From contig JBAZUA010000002.1 of the NCBI GenBank assembly GCA_041661645.1, positions 97,944 to 161,943 on the forward strand: a DNA stretch of 64,000 nucleotides. Direction: 5' to 3'. This document shows, piece by piece, positions 9,204 to 18,522 of this stretch (its first letter is position 1; each line of letters begins with the position of its first letter). Both the position numbers and the translations under genes were made by a program. The notes under the pieces were generated by a model. That model was given only the letters and a program-made list of their open reading frames with translations. It had not been told where the DNA came from and made no database searches. Origin of the DNA: Minisyncoccota bacterium (GTDB lineage Bacteria > Patescibacteriota > Minisyncoccia > Phycocordibacterales > UBA6065).

Positions 9204-9971
9204 ATGTTTGACTTTGTTCATGCGGCGCTTCTCGGTATAGTCGAAGGCGTCACCGAGTTTCTCCCGATCTCCTCGACAGGGCACCTCATCATCGTTGGAA
9301 GGTGGCTTCCTCTCGACCCGGCCCTTTCCGCCACCTTTGACATAGTCATACAGCTCGGTGCCATACTGGCCGTCGTCATCGTGTTCTGGGGCAAGCTGTG
9401 GCCGATCTCGAAAGCCTGGGGCACCTGGAAGAAGATTGTCGTCGCCGTCCTGCCGGCACTTGTCCTGGGGGCCCTCTTTGGCAGCAAGATACAGGAGGCG
9501 CTCTTCAACCCGGCCGTCGTAGCGGTGGCGCTGATTGTCGGGGGAGTCCTCCTCATCATCTCTGAAAGGATGAAGAAGACGGAGACCATTCATTCCGTTC
9601 CCGGGATGACATACGGGACGGCCCTGTCGATTGGCCTCATCCAGTGCCTCGCCCTCATCCCCGGGACGTCCAGGTCGGCTGCCACCATTATCGGCGCGCT
9701 CTTCCTCGGTGCCTCGAGGACCGTGGCTGTGGAATTTTCGTTCTTCCTGGCGATTCCCACCATGTTCGCCGCATCGGCCTATAGCCTCCTCAAGGGTGGG
9801 GCACATCTCGGCTCTCACGACGCCGCGGTCCTGGCCGTCGGCTTCGCGGTCTCGTTTCTGGTCGCCTGGATTGTCATACGGATGTTTCTCAAGTACGTCC
9901 AGCATCGGAGCCTCGTCCCCTTTGGATACTATAGGATCATAGTCGGCGTGCTTGTCCTTCTGTTCGCCTAG
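9204..9971 (+). CDS. uppP: undecaprenyl-diphosphatase UppP (BacA)
   Basis: MFDFVHAALLGIVEGVTEFLPISSTGHL... and PGTSRSAATIIGALFLG, canonical BacA motifs. Start at the ATG at 9204. Confidence 0.85.
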   Translation: MFDFVHAALLGIVEGVTEFLPISSTGHLIIVGRWLPLDPALSATFDIVIQLGAILAVVIVFWGKLWPISKAWGTWKKIVVAVLPALVLGALFGSKIQEALFNPAVVAVALIVGGVLLIISERMKKTETIHSVPGMTYGTALSIGLIQCLALIPGTSRSAATIIGALFLGASRTVAVEFSFFLAIPTMFAASAYSLLKGGAHLGSHDAAVLAVGFAVSFLVAWIVIRMFLKYVQHRSLVPFGYYRIIVGVLVLLFA

Positions 9972-9975
9972 ACCA

Positions 9976-10533
9976 ATGCCTTCCTATCTCAATTCTTTCA
10001 ACCAGATCGATGGCGCGATGGTCCACATGGTGCAGTCGATTGGATCCCAGTGGTATGGCGTTGCCTGGTTTTTGTCCGCGATTGTCGGGTATTCGCCGTT
10101 TCTCATCCCCGCGATGGTCCTTGCCCTTGTGCTTACGGGCAAATATCGCGTCGCGATCGAGGCTGTGGGCATATCCCTCTTGGCCCTCGCCGCAGTCTAT
10201 CTTTCCAAGGCTCTCATATGGGCGCCTCGGCCATTCTGGGTCGATTCGAGTGTCATTCGATATGCCTTCGAATCAAGCTCTGGTATGCCGTCGGGACACG
10301 CCCTCGTCTCTTTCGTCATATTGGGCTGGGTCTGGCTGCGACACCCGAAAAGCGCCATTCTCTCTGTGGGCATTCCCGTCACGATTTTCCTTGTTGGCCT
10401 CTCCCGCGTGTATCTCGGCGTGCATTATCCTTCGCAGGTCATCGTTGGCTGGATTGTTGGCGCCTTCATGCTTTGGGCCTTCTGGCGGATCGACAGGCTT
10501 CTCTTCAGGCCGAGAAGTGGTTACGTAAAGTAG
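9976..10533 (+). CDS. PAP2 family phosphatase (phosphatidic acid / undecaprenyl-PP phosphatase-like)
   Basis: PAP2 motifs KALIWAPRP...PSGH...SRVYLGVHYPSQV. Start uncertain (9952 or 9976). Overlaps the uppP 3' end. Confidence 0.7.
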   Translation: MPSYLNSFNQIDGAMVHMVQSIGSQWYGVAWFLSAIVGYSPFLIPAMVLALVLTGKYRVAIEAVGISLLALAAVYLSKALIWAPRPFWVDSSVIRYAFESSSGMPSGHALVSFVILGWVWLRHPKSAILSVGIPVTIFLVGLSRVYLGVHYPSQVIVGWIVGAFMLWAFWRIDRLLFRPRSGYVK

Positions 10534-10535
10534 AT

Positions 10536-11534
10536 TTATATATTCCTCGGTCTATAGTCCGCGGGTGCGCTCGCCACGAGTCTCTCTATCTTCTCGCGCG
10601 ACAGGAGTCCCTTCTGGGCGCCGATCTCCTGGACGACGTATGCGGAGTTAATCGGCGCCCAGAGGAGAGCCTCCTTGAGCGTCTTGCCTAGGGCGAGGGC
10701 TACGGTAAGAGTCGACGCAAAGGCGTCTCCGGCACCGGTTCTCTCGTACGGGGCTTTTGGGTCAGGGTATGTCGGCATGAACAAGGCGTCGGTGCCATCG
10801 AAGGCATAGGCGCCGTTCGGCCCATCCGTGAGCACGACGATTTTCGGACCCTTCTCGCGCATCATGGACATGAGCTTCTTCATGTCGCCCTCGGTCGTGC
10901 CGAGTATTCTCTGCGCCTCCTCCTTGTTGCAGAAGAACAGGTCAGAGCGCCTGTAGAGCGCGCCGAGCTTTTCGAGACCGAGGCTCATTTGGAAGGTTCC
11001 CGGCTGGAAGGCAACCTTGATGTCGGGATTCGCCTCGAGCCATTTGATGATCTTGATGTGATATTCGTATGAGGTTCCACCAAGCGAGCTCACATAGACC
11101 CATTTAGGATTCCTGGATATTTTCGGCAGGCGATAGGGGAAGTTTTGATGCTTGACTAGGATTGTCCTTTCGTCGCCGTACCAGAGCACGTAGTGATAGT
11201 TAGTGGGGATTCCCTTGCTCACGTCGACGAATCTCGCGTCGACGTTCTGTGCGCGCAGCTCAGCCAGGCAGTCCTTGCCATTCTGATCGTCACCAACATT
11301 TGCCACGAGGGAAGAGCGAAGTCCGAGCCGTGCCGCGGACACCGCTGCGTTCGCGCTGTTGCCGACTGCGTTCACCACGGTGAGGGACTCGTAGGGAATC
11401 TTGTCGCCGAACTTCATGCAGAGCTCGCAGCTTTCTTTGTCCACGCTGCAGGTGACGTGTGCCTCCTGGAGACGGATAAAGGCGTCGGTGACGATGTCGC
11501 CTATGGCGAGGAAGTCGATTTGTTTTGAGAACAT
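10536..11534 (-). CDS. PfkB family carbohydrate/nucleoside kinase (ribokinase-like)
   Basis: N-terminal FLAIGDIVTDAF; C-terminal TGAGDAFASTLTVAL (DTxGAGD motif). Start at the internal Met (cat at 11532-11534), not the 48-codon upstream extension. Confidence 0.75.
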   Translation of the reverse strand: MFSKQIDFLAIGDIVTDAFIRLQEAHVTCSVDKESCELCMKFGDKIPYESLTVVNAVGNSANAAVSAARLGLRSSLVANVGDDQNGKDCLAELRAQNVDARFVDVSKGIPTNYHYVLWYGDERTILVKHQNFPYRLPKISRNPKWVYVSSLGGTSYEYHIKIIKWLEANPDIKVAFQPGTFQMSLGLEKLGALYRRSDLFFCNKEEAQRILGTTEGDMKKLMSMMREKGPKIVVLTDGPNGAYAFDGTDALFMPTYPDPKAPYERTGAGDAFASTLTVALALGKTLKEALLWAPINSAYVVQEIGAQKGLLSREKIERLVASAPADYRPRNI

Positions 11535-11581
11535 GCGTGTATTGTAGCAAAAAACCTGGCGGGGGAAGGGGGTTCTGATGA

Positions 11582-11610
11582 TTGACAAACGGTGTTTATG
11601 GGAGTATAAT
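11582..11610 (+). promoter_or_regulatory. consensus sigma70-type promoter (TTGACA-N17-TATAAT)
   Basis: TTGACA at 11582-11587, a 17-nt spacer, TATAAT at 11605-11610. GGAGG lies about 8 nt before the ATG at 11693. Confidence 0.55.
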
Positions 11611-11692
11611 TTAATACAGTCTAGTGTCGGGAGCACTCGGGTCAAGCTCGTCCTAAATTGACCTCGTTCATTTATCATGGAGGATAAAACAT

Positions 11693-12091
11693 ATGTTACA
11701 GACTGCCCGCATCCCGGAATTTGTCATCATTCCGGACATTGGTAGGCTTCACTACGAAGGAAAGAAGGATCGTCTCGGCGAGCGTCGGCTTTTCCTGAGG
11801 CTCGAGGTGGCGCTTCCCAAGGCCCTCATCGATGCAGCCCATCGAGACGGCGGCGTCGAGCCCTCAAGCATGGACCTCGAGTCGTGTCTCGAGGAACTGC
11901 TCAGGGAGTTCTATGGCGAAGGGTCAAGTTGCGACTTCTTCTCGCCCGGCCCCCTTTCCGTCTATCGGGGAGCCTTCATCGTTGTGCCGTTTCAGCTTAA
12001 CGAGAGCATTCCGCGCCATATCGATTTCGTGAAGGCCTCAATCCTCCTCGTCGTTCAGCGGTTGGTTCAGGAAGAAGAGCGCGGCTATTGA
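11693..12091 (+). CDS. hypothetical protein
   Basis: ORF with a strong promoter and RBS; no recognisable domain. Confidence 0.45.
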   Translation: MLQTARIPEFVIIPDIGRLHYEGKKDRLGERRLFLRLEVALPKALIDAAHRDGGVEPSSMDLESCLEELLREFYGEGSSCDFFSPGPLSVYRGAFIVVPFQLNESIPRHIDFVKASILLVVQRLVQEEERGY

Positions 12092-12179
12092 GGAGCCTCA
12101 TTCCCAAAGTCCCCTTGGAAGCACAATTCCTCGGGGCCTTTTTTATCTTTCCCGAAGGTTATTGTGCTAAAATACTGGC

Positions 12180-13133
12180 ATGTTCAAACTTTTCAATACC
12201 AAGGCGAAAAGAGGTTCGTCCACGCCGTCTTCTGGGGTAAAATCCCTTCGTGCATGGGTCGTCGAGGCTTTGGATAAAAAGGTTGCCATCGGTCATTTCA
12301 ACATTTCGAATATTGAGGGCTTTTGGGCGGTAATCGATGCGGCGGAGACCGTCTCAAAGGAGCTGGGTCGCGAGATTCCCGTCATCATCGGCGTGTCTGA
12401 GGGCGAGCGTGATTTCATGGGCGTCGCCCAGGTCAAGGCGCTCGTCGAGAGTTACCGCGTCCAGACCGGTCGTCCCATCTTCCTCAATGCCGACCACACA
12501 TATTCCTTCGAGCGGGTGAGGGAGGTTGTCGACGCGGGCTACGATGCCTTCATCTATGATGGGACCGAGCAGTCTTTTGATGACAATGTGGCGACGGCGA
12601 AGAGGTGCGTCGAGTACGCGCGCACCGTGGGCAAGACCCAGGGTAGAGACATTATTATCGAGGCCGAGATTGGCTTCATCGGCAAGTCCTCAAAGGTTTT
12701 GGACGGCATTCCCGAGGGAGTGAGGATCTCGGAGGAGTTTCTGACCAAGCCTGATGAGGCAAAGCGCTTCGTTGATGCCACCGGCGTCGATATGATGGCG
12801 CCTGCGGTTGGCAACATTCACGGTATGCTCAAGGGCGGCAAGGATCCTGCCCTCAATATCAGCCGAATCGCCGAGATATCGGCGGCCGTCAAAATCCCCC
12901 TCGTCCTTCACGGCGGCTCAGGCAATTCGGCCGAGGATTTCGCAGCCGCAATTGATGCTGGCGTCGCCATCATCCATGTGAATACCGAGCTTCGTGTCGC
13001 ATTCCGCGACGCCCTCAAGGCATCCGTCGCCGCCCGTCCAGACGAGGTTGCCCCGTATCGCATCATGAAGCCGGCGGTCGAGGCGATGCAGAGGGTCGTC
13101 GAGGAAAAGCTTAGGATTTTCAATAGAATATAA
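12180..13133 (+). CDS. fba: class II fructose-bisphosphate aldolase
   Basis: IGHFNISNIEG, FLNADHT, AVGNIHGM, LVLHGGSG and AIIHVNTELR, the class II FBA/TBP aldolase signatures. Confidence 0.85.
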   Translation: MFKLFNTKAKRGSSTPSSGVKSLRAWVVEALDKKVAIGHFNISNIEGFWAVIDAAETVSKELGREIPVIIGVSEGERDFMGVAQVKALVESYRVQTGRPIFLNADHTYSFERVREVVDAGYDAFIYDGTEQSFDDNVATAKRCVEYARTVGKTQGRDIIIEAEIGFIGKSSKVLDGIPEGVRISEEFLTKPDEAKRFVDATGVDMMAPAVGNIHGMLKGGKDPALNISRIAEISAAVKIPLVLHGGSGNSAEDFAAAIDAGVAIIHVNTELRVAFRDALKASVAARPDEVAPYRIMKPAVEAMQRVVEEKLRIFNRI

Positions 13134-13139
13134 AAACAT

Positions 13140-13322
13140 ATGGCAAAATTCACCCATTCCATGCAGAAGCTCCTCTCATCCCCGATATCGAAAAAGCAGC
13201 TCCTGCTTGCGGGCCTGGGAGTCATCATCAGCGCGAGCATCATCTCGAGCGGACTCTGGGCTCCCGTGCCCGATGAGGAAAGCATTCTTGGGCCTCAGAT
13301 CGGGGCGGCGGCATCCCTCTAG
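13140..13322 (+). CDS. possible small membrane protein (60 aa)
   Basis: Short ORF with one predicted TM helix (LLLAGLGVIISASIISSGLW); weak support. Confidence 0.2.
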   Translation: MAKFTHSMQKLLSSPISKKQLLLAGLGVIISASIISSGLWAPVPDEESILGPQIGAAASL

Positions 13323-13342
13323 TTCTGCGCTATACTGTTCCC

Positions 13343-15001
13343 ATGAATTCAATCGACGCTCTCAAGACGCATCTTGCCGGCACCTTTAAGGGCGAATTCG
13401 ACGATTCCACGAAAACCCTCGTCAAATACAGCCATGACGCGAGTCTCTGCGAGGTGGTCCCGAAGATAGTCGTCTTTCCGAAGGATTCCGAGGACATTCA
13501 GGAGCTCGTGCGCTTCGTCTCAAATCACAAATCAGACTACCCAGACCTTTCCGTCACTGTCAGGGCCGCGGGGTCGTGCATGTCGGGTGGGCCGCTCAAC
13601 GATTCGATCATCGTCGACATCATGCGTCATATGCATGGCACGAAAAGCGTCTCCATGACGGCCGATGGCGGCGAGGCAGTCGTCCTTCCGGGAACCTTCT
13701 ACCGCGATTTCGAGGTTGAGACGCTCAAGCGGGGCCTCATCCTGCCTTGCTACACAGCCTCAAAGAACCTCAACTCGATCGGCGGCATGGTGGGGAACAA
13801 TTCGGCGGGGGAGAAGACCCTGCGCTATGGCAAGACCGAGAGATACGTCAAAGAGCTCCGCGTCGTCTTCGGGGACGGCTGTGAATATGTGGTCAGACCA
13901 CTTTCCAGGTTCGAGCTTGACGCGAAAATTGCCCAGGGCGACTTCGAGGGGAGGCTCTACGGGAAAATCTGGGACATCGTATCGAACAATGCCAAACTGC
14001 TCGCTGACGCGAAGCCGAAGGTCTCGAAGAACTCGGCCGGCTATTATCTCTGGAACGTCTGGGACGGCAAGACCTTCGATCTGACCCGTCTCATCGTCGG
14101 ATCACAGGGCACGCTCGGCATAGTCACCGAGGTCCGCCTGCGCCTCGTGCCCATAAAGCCGATATCCAAGCTCTTCGTCGTATTCATGCCGACCCTCGAT
14201 CGGCTTGGCGACGTGGTCAATGACATACTGCCGCTCAATCCCGAGAGCCTCGAGTCCTATGACGACAGTACCATGATGCTCGCGGTGAAGTTTCTGCCCT
14301 CGCTCCTCAAGAAGCTCAGGCATCACCTGATCCGCCTCCTCTGGAGCTTCCTGCCCGAGGCTTGGATGGCAATCACAGGCGGTATGCCGAAGCTCGTGCT
14401 TTTGGTCGAATTCTGCGGGGACACGAACGAGGAGGTCGATTCCTCGATCATCGCCCTCGAACAAAAGCTCGAGCCGTACAAGTTCAAGATGCGTCGCGCC
14501 AAGAATGAATTTGATTCCGAGAAGTACTGGACTATCCGCCGCGAGAGCTTCAGCCTCTTGCGCGAGCATGTGCACGGCAGTCGCACCGCCCCCTTCGTTG
14601 ACGACGTGGTCGTGCCCCCTCACGCCATGCCTGACTTCCTCCCCAAGATGCGCGCCATATTGGACGAGTACAAGCTGGTCTACACCATAGCCGGGCACGC
14701 GGGCAATGGAAACTTTCACATCATCCCGTTCATGAACATGAAGGACGACAGGAATCTCAGGGTCATCGATGAGGTGTCGGACAGGGTATACAGTCTCGTT
14801 CTCTCGTACGGGGGCTCCATAACGGGCGAGCACAATGACGGCATCATCAGAACGCCATATCTCCCTCAGATGTATGGGGCCGAGGTTATGAGGCTTTTTA
14901 AGGCCACCAAGGACGCTTTTGACGCCCAGAACATCTTCAATCCGGGCAAGAAGGTGGGGGACACCAAGGAATTCATGATGTCCCACCTTGCGCGTTTATA
15001 G
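13343..15001 (+). CDS. FAD-binding oxidoreductase (FAD-linked oxidase / GlcD / D-lactate dehydrogenase family)
   Basis: N-terminal FAD-binding PCMH-type region (VVFPKDSEDIQELVRFVS...RAAGSCMSGG) and a C-terminal FAD-oxidase domain (HAGNGNFH). Confidence 0.8.
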   Translation: MNSIDALKTHLAGTFKGEFDDSTKTLVKYSHDASLCEVVPKIVVFPKDSEDIQELVRFVSNHKSDYPDLSVTVRAAGSCMSGGPLNDSIIVDIMRHMHGTKSVSMTADGGEAVVLPGTFYRDFEVETLKRGLILPCYTASKNLNSIGGMVGNNSAGEKTLRYGKTERYVKELRVVFGDGCEYVVRPLSRFELDAKIAQGDFEGRLYGKIWDIVSNNAKLLADAKPKVSKNSAGYYLWNVWDGKTFDLTRLIVGSQGTLGIVTEVRLRLVPIKPISKLFVVFMPTLDRLGDVVNDILPLNPESLESYDDSTMMLAVKFLPSLLKKLRHHLIRLLWSFLPEAWMAITGGMPKLVLLVEFCGDTNEEVDSSIIALEQKLEPYKFKMRRAKNEFDSEKYWTIRRESFSLLREHVHGSRTAPFVDDVVVPPHAMPDFLPKMRAILDEYKLVYTIAGHAGNGNFHIIPFMNMKDDRNLRVIDEVSDRVYSLVLSYGGSITGEHNDGIIRTPYLPQMYGAEVMRLFKATKDAFDAQNIFNPGKKVGDTKEFMMSHLARL

Positions 15002-15058
15002 GTAGGACATGATATAATGCTTGTACAGTAGATTTTTTAATAAAAATAGAATACACAT

Positions 15059-15241
15059 ATGTCAGTAGAATTCAACGAGGACAACGGAATGGGACGACGA
15101 GACTTCGGGGAGAAGACCCCTGCCTTCGCCGCCTTTCTCATATCAAAAGGCATCGCCAAGGATGTCGCGGGCGCAAACAAGATCCAGGTCATATTCAGCG
15201 TCGTGCTCTTGATCATCTCGGCATACCTCATGCTCAAGTAG
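15059..15241 (+). CDS. possible small membrane protein (60 aa)
   Basis: Short ORF with a C-terminal TM helix (VIFSVVLLIISAYLML). Confidence 0.25.
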   Translation: MSVEFNEDNGMGRRDFGEKTPAFAAFLISKGIAKDVAGANKIQVIFSVVLLIISAYLMLK

Positions 15242-15298
15242 GCCCTCGCCCGCCTCAGATTTTGACTTTTTTTAAACTCTGTATATACTAGAGAACCT

Positions 15299-15961
15299 AT
15301 GGCAATAACACTCAAAGTAGAGAAACGAGACATCAAGGACGACGTCGTCGCCCTCCGAAAGGCCGGCAAGGTTCCTGCGGTATTTTACGGAAAGAAGGAG
15401 GCTTCTACCCCTATATCGATTGCGAGCGTCGACTTCATCAAGGCCTACAAGCAGGCAGGCGAGTCTACCGTGGTCATCCTCAAGGGCGAGGGCATCGAGG
15501 TTGAGTCCCTCATCCATGACATGGATCTCCACCCTGTCACCGGCAAGCCTATTCACGCTGATTTCTACGTCTTCGAGAAGGGCAAGAAGATCAAGGTTGA
15601 CGTTCCCCTCGAGTTCTTCGGAACCTCTCCTGCCATCAAGGACCTCGGCGGATCGCTCATCAAGGTTCTTCATGACGTCGAGGTCGAGGCCCTTCCAAAG
15701 GATCTCCCCCACACCATCAAGGTAGACATCTCGTCCCTTGTCGATTTCAAGTCTGTCATCACCGCAAAGGACATCATTCTTCCAGAAGGTGTGCTTCTCG
15801 CCGTCAGCGCCGACGATATCGTCGCATCCGTATCCGAGCCAAAGGAAGAGGTGGAGGAGGTCGCGGCACCTATCGACCTTTCGACCATCGAGGTCGCCAA
15901 GAAGGGCAAGGAGGCAAAGGAGGGCGCCGGAGAGGAGGCCGAGGCAGAGGAGAAGAAGTAA
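15299..15961 (+). CDS. rplY: 50S ribosomal protein L25 / general stress protein Ctc
   Basis: L25 N-domain (KVEKRDIKDDVVALRKAGKVPAVFYGK) plus the Ctc-type C-terminal domain and an acidic tail. Confidence 0.85.
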   Translation: MAITLKVEKRDIKDDVVALRKAGKVPAVFYGKKEASTPISIASVDFIKAYKQAGESTVVILKGEGIEVESLIHDMDLHPVTGKPIHADFYVFEKGKKIKVDVPLEFFGTSPAIKDLGGSLIKVLHDVEVEALPKDLPHTIKVDISSLVDFKSVITAKDIILPEGVLLAVSADDIVASVSEPKEEVEEVAAPIDLSTIEVAKKGKEAKEGAGEEAEAEEKK

Positions 15962-16050
15962 CATCACCCTCATTTTTTACCGAAAAGCCGCCCGCAAGGG
16001 CGGCTTTTCCATGCCCGAATCGCACCCTGAATGTGATAGAATGTACTCTC

Positions 16051-17424
16051 ATGAGAAAATTCCCGAGCACCCTCTGCGCCGTGTTCCTCGCCCTTCTCGC
16101 CCTCGCCCCTCAGGCGGCGGTGTTGGCGCAAAGCACCCAGGAGTACCAGGATAAGCTCAAGGCCGAGCAAGCCCAGCTTCAGGCCGACGTTGACCTTCTT
16201 TCTAAAGACGTCTCCAACCTTCAGGGCCAGCAGGCGACCATAGAGCAGGCAATAGCCCTTATCGATGCCCAGATAAGGGAAGCTCAGGCAAAGATCAAGC
16301 TTCGCACTCTCACCATAGACGGCCTGACCAGGGACATCGGCACCAAGTCTCGATCCATAAGCGACCTGGAGGCCAAGCTCGTTCGAAGCGAACAGTCCGT
16401 TGCTGGCCTCATCCGGCGAACGCGCGAGAGCGACGACATTTCGATTCCACAGATGATCCTTTCGGGAAAGAACTTCTCCGACTTCTTCGTGGAAATCGAT
16501 TCGGTGCAGACCATCAAGAGCTCCCTTGACGCGCTCATGGACAATGTCCGCGACTTCAAAACCCAGACTGAGGAGGAGAAGGGCGCCCTCGAGGACCGCA
16601 AGACCAAGGAGGCGGATGCCCGCGCCTCCATACAGGCCCAACAGAAGATCGTCGAGAAGAAGAAGGCCGAGCAGGCCCAGCTCCTCGCCATCAAGAGCAG
16701 CCAGGTCAAGACCTACAAGCAGTTCGTGGCAGACAAGCAGGCCCGCATCGCCCAGATCAAGTCCGCGCTCTTCGACCTGCAGGGAACGAACGGCATACCG
16801 TTCGGCGACGCTTACAACTATGCTGTGGAGGCATCCAAGGCGACCGGCGTCAGGCCAGCCTTCATCCTGGCAATCCTCACCCAGGAGTCGGATCTGGGAA
16901 AGAACGTCGGGTCATGCCTCCTCACAGATCTCGCGTCAGGGGACGGAAAAGGCAAGAACAGCGGTAGTTCGTTCCAGAGGGTCATGGCGGCACCTCGAGA
17001 CACCACACCCTTTGCCGTCATCACGAGTCGTATTGGCAGGGATTGGAGGTCTACTCCCGTATCCTGTCCGCCCGGGGCAAAATACTATGTGGGGCGAGGA
17101 TTTGGCGGGGGAATGGGTCCCTCTCAGTTCATCGCCTCGACCTGGGAACTCTTCAAGAAGCGCATCGGAGCGGCCGTGGGCGTGGGTGCCGATCAGGCAG
17201 ACCCGTGGAATCCCGAGCACGCCATCGTGGCGACCGCGATATACGTCGATGACCTTGGTGCCGGAAAGGGCGGCTATACCGCCGAGCGCAATGCCGCCTG
17301 TCGATACTATTCTGGACGAGCCTGCGACACGAAGAAGCCAGCCAACTCGTTCTATGGCGATCAGGTATATGCTAAGGCGCAGTCGATACAGGCGAACATG
17401 ATTGATCCAATCCTCGGCCAGTAA
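16051..17424 (+). CDS. secreted coiled-coil protein with a C-terminal lysozyme-like / lytic transglycosylase-like domain (peptidoglycan hydrolase candidate)
   Basis: Signal peptide MRKFPSTLCAVFLALLALAPQAAVLA and a long Q/A/K-rich coiled coil. The C-terminal region has SLT-like features (ILTQESDLGKN catalytic Glu-Ser, GMGPSQFIASTW). Confidence 0.6.
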   Translation: MRKFPSTLCAVFLALLALAPQAAVLAQSTQEYQDKLKAEQAQLQADVDLLSKDVSNLQGQQATIEQAIALIDAQIREAQAKIKLRTLTIDGLTRDIGTKSRSISDLEAKLVRSEQSVAGLIRRTRESDDISIPQMILSGKNFSDFFVEIDSVQTIKSSLDALMDNVRDFKTQTEEEKGALEDRKTKEADARASIQAQQKIVEKKKAEQAQLLAIKSSQVKTYKQFVADKQARIAQIKSALFDLQGTNGIPFGDAYNYAVEASKATGVRPAFILAILTQESDLGKNVGSCLLTDLASGDGKGKNSGSSFQRVMAAPRDTTPFAVITSRIGRDWRSTPVSCPPGAKYYVGRGFGGGMGPSQFIASTWELFKKRIGAAVGVGADQADPWNPEHAIVATAIYVDDLGAGKGGYTAERNAACRYYSGRACDTKKPANSFYGDQVYAKAQSIQANMIDPILGQ

Positions 17425-17529
17425 TTTCCCTTCTCAGAGAACGGGCTCCTCGCCTGCTGGCGAGGGCCCTCACTCTCGGCCCGTCGGCCTCCGAGAGTCT
17501 CTTCGAAGGGAAATTACTGGCCGAGGATT
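17409..17529. repeat. palindromic intergenic repeat element, copy A
   Basis: 22-nt perfect inverted arms (17409-17430 vs 17508-17529) enclose a self-complementary 77-nt core containing CTCGGCCCGTCGGCC. The left arm supplies the last codons and stop of the upstream gene. Confidence 0.7.
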
Positions 17530-17597
17530 TCTTATTCTAAATAAAATATAAAAATGGGGATTGGTGGTTGGGTGAGGGTGATGTATGATTTTTTTAC

Positions 17598-17801
17598 ATG
17601 AACACGCTTGAATGGATAAACACCCTTGTTGTCATGATTGGGCTACCGACAATTGTCGGGGCGCTTTTAAGCATTGGTGGTAAGCTCAAGACCATCTCCG
17701 ATTTTGAAGAGGACATCAAGGGCAACATAAAGCCCGATTTGAAGGACATTCGGGAGAGATTCTTCGTTCTTGAGGGTCATCTCTTTTCCCGAGGCAAATA
17801 A
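17598..17801 (+). CDS. hypothetical small protein (67 aa, 1 TM)
   Basis: ORF in a low-GC pocket; N-terminal TM helix. Confidence 0.3.
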   Translation: MNTLEWINTLVVMIGLPTIVGALLSIGGKLKTISDFEEDIKGNIKPDLKDIRERFFVLEGHLFSRGK

Positions 17802-17854
17802 TTGACTTTTTGTTAAATAATTGTAATCTCTGGAGCAGAGTCACCTAAAAAGTT

Positions 17855-18430
17855 TTGGTACATTACCAGACGCTTTCGCATTCCGCGGAAGTTAATGGGC
17901 GACCGCTCTCCACAATGCAAAGAACATATATTGATTGGTCAGATCGGCCGGGTAGTCGGGTTGTGACGGGTCTACAGGATTCGGACAGACCATTATATCT
18001 TGCCCGTCTTAGCCTTAACCACACCATATCCAAGCCCATGGCTGAATTGAATATTGGTTTTGGAATCCCTTCCCCAGAAAGACAAGGGGCGCTCATCACC
18101 CCCTTCATTGATGCCAAAGGCCCCCTGATTACTGATTTGGATAAGAAATGTCTTGCCCTGGGCCTTTGTTTTGAACCTCAGCATCGCTTTGGGTATTCAA
18201 ACTTTCTCGTCTACGGATTCGATTTCAGCCGTAAGCCGGAACCGTTTTCCATGGCCGCGATCAAGATGCTCATAAGACTCTTTGAGGACGTGCTATTGGT
18301 CGATGCGGGCTATCTCTACTGGCTTCGTATGACCCAGGAGACTGTCGTGCGCAGGGGAGAAAACACTTTTATCCCATATTGCGAAAGCCTTCTCAGACGT
18401 TCGGGCGTAAGACCTTGTCCCTTGCTTTGA
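17855..18430 (+). CDS. hypothetical protein (191 aa)
   Basis: Protein-like composition in a low-GC pocket; no recognisable domain. Confidence 0.4.
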   Translation: MVHYQTLSHSAEVNGRPLSTMQRTYIDWSDRPGSRVVTGLQDSDRPLYLARLSLNHTISKPMAELNIGFGIPSPERQGALITPFIDAKGPLITDLDKKCLALGLCFEPQHRFGYSNFLVYGFDFSRKPEPFSMAAIKMLIRLFEDVLLVDAGYLYWLRMTQETVVRRGENTFIPYCESLLRRSGVRPCPLL

Positions 18431-18522
18431 TTCTTGTTTTTGACCGGCCGCCTCTTCACGAGGCGGCTTTTTTCTGCCGAAAGTTGCTTTTTTACGGCCC
18501 ATACGCTATAGTTTTCCTCTAT

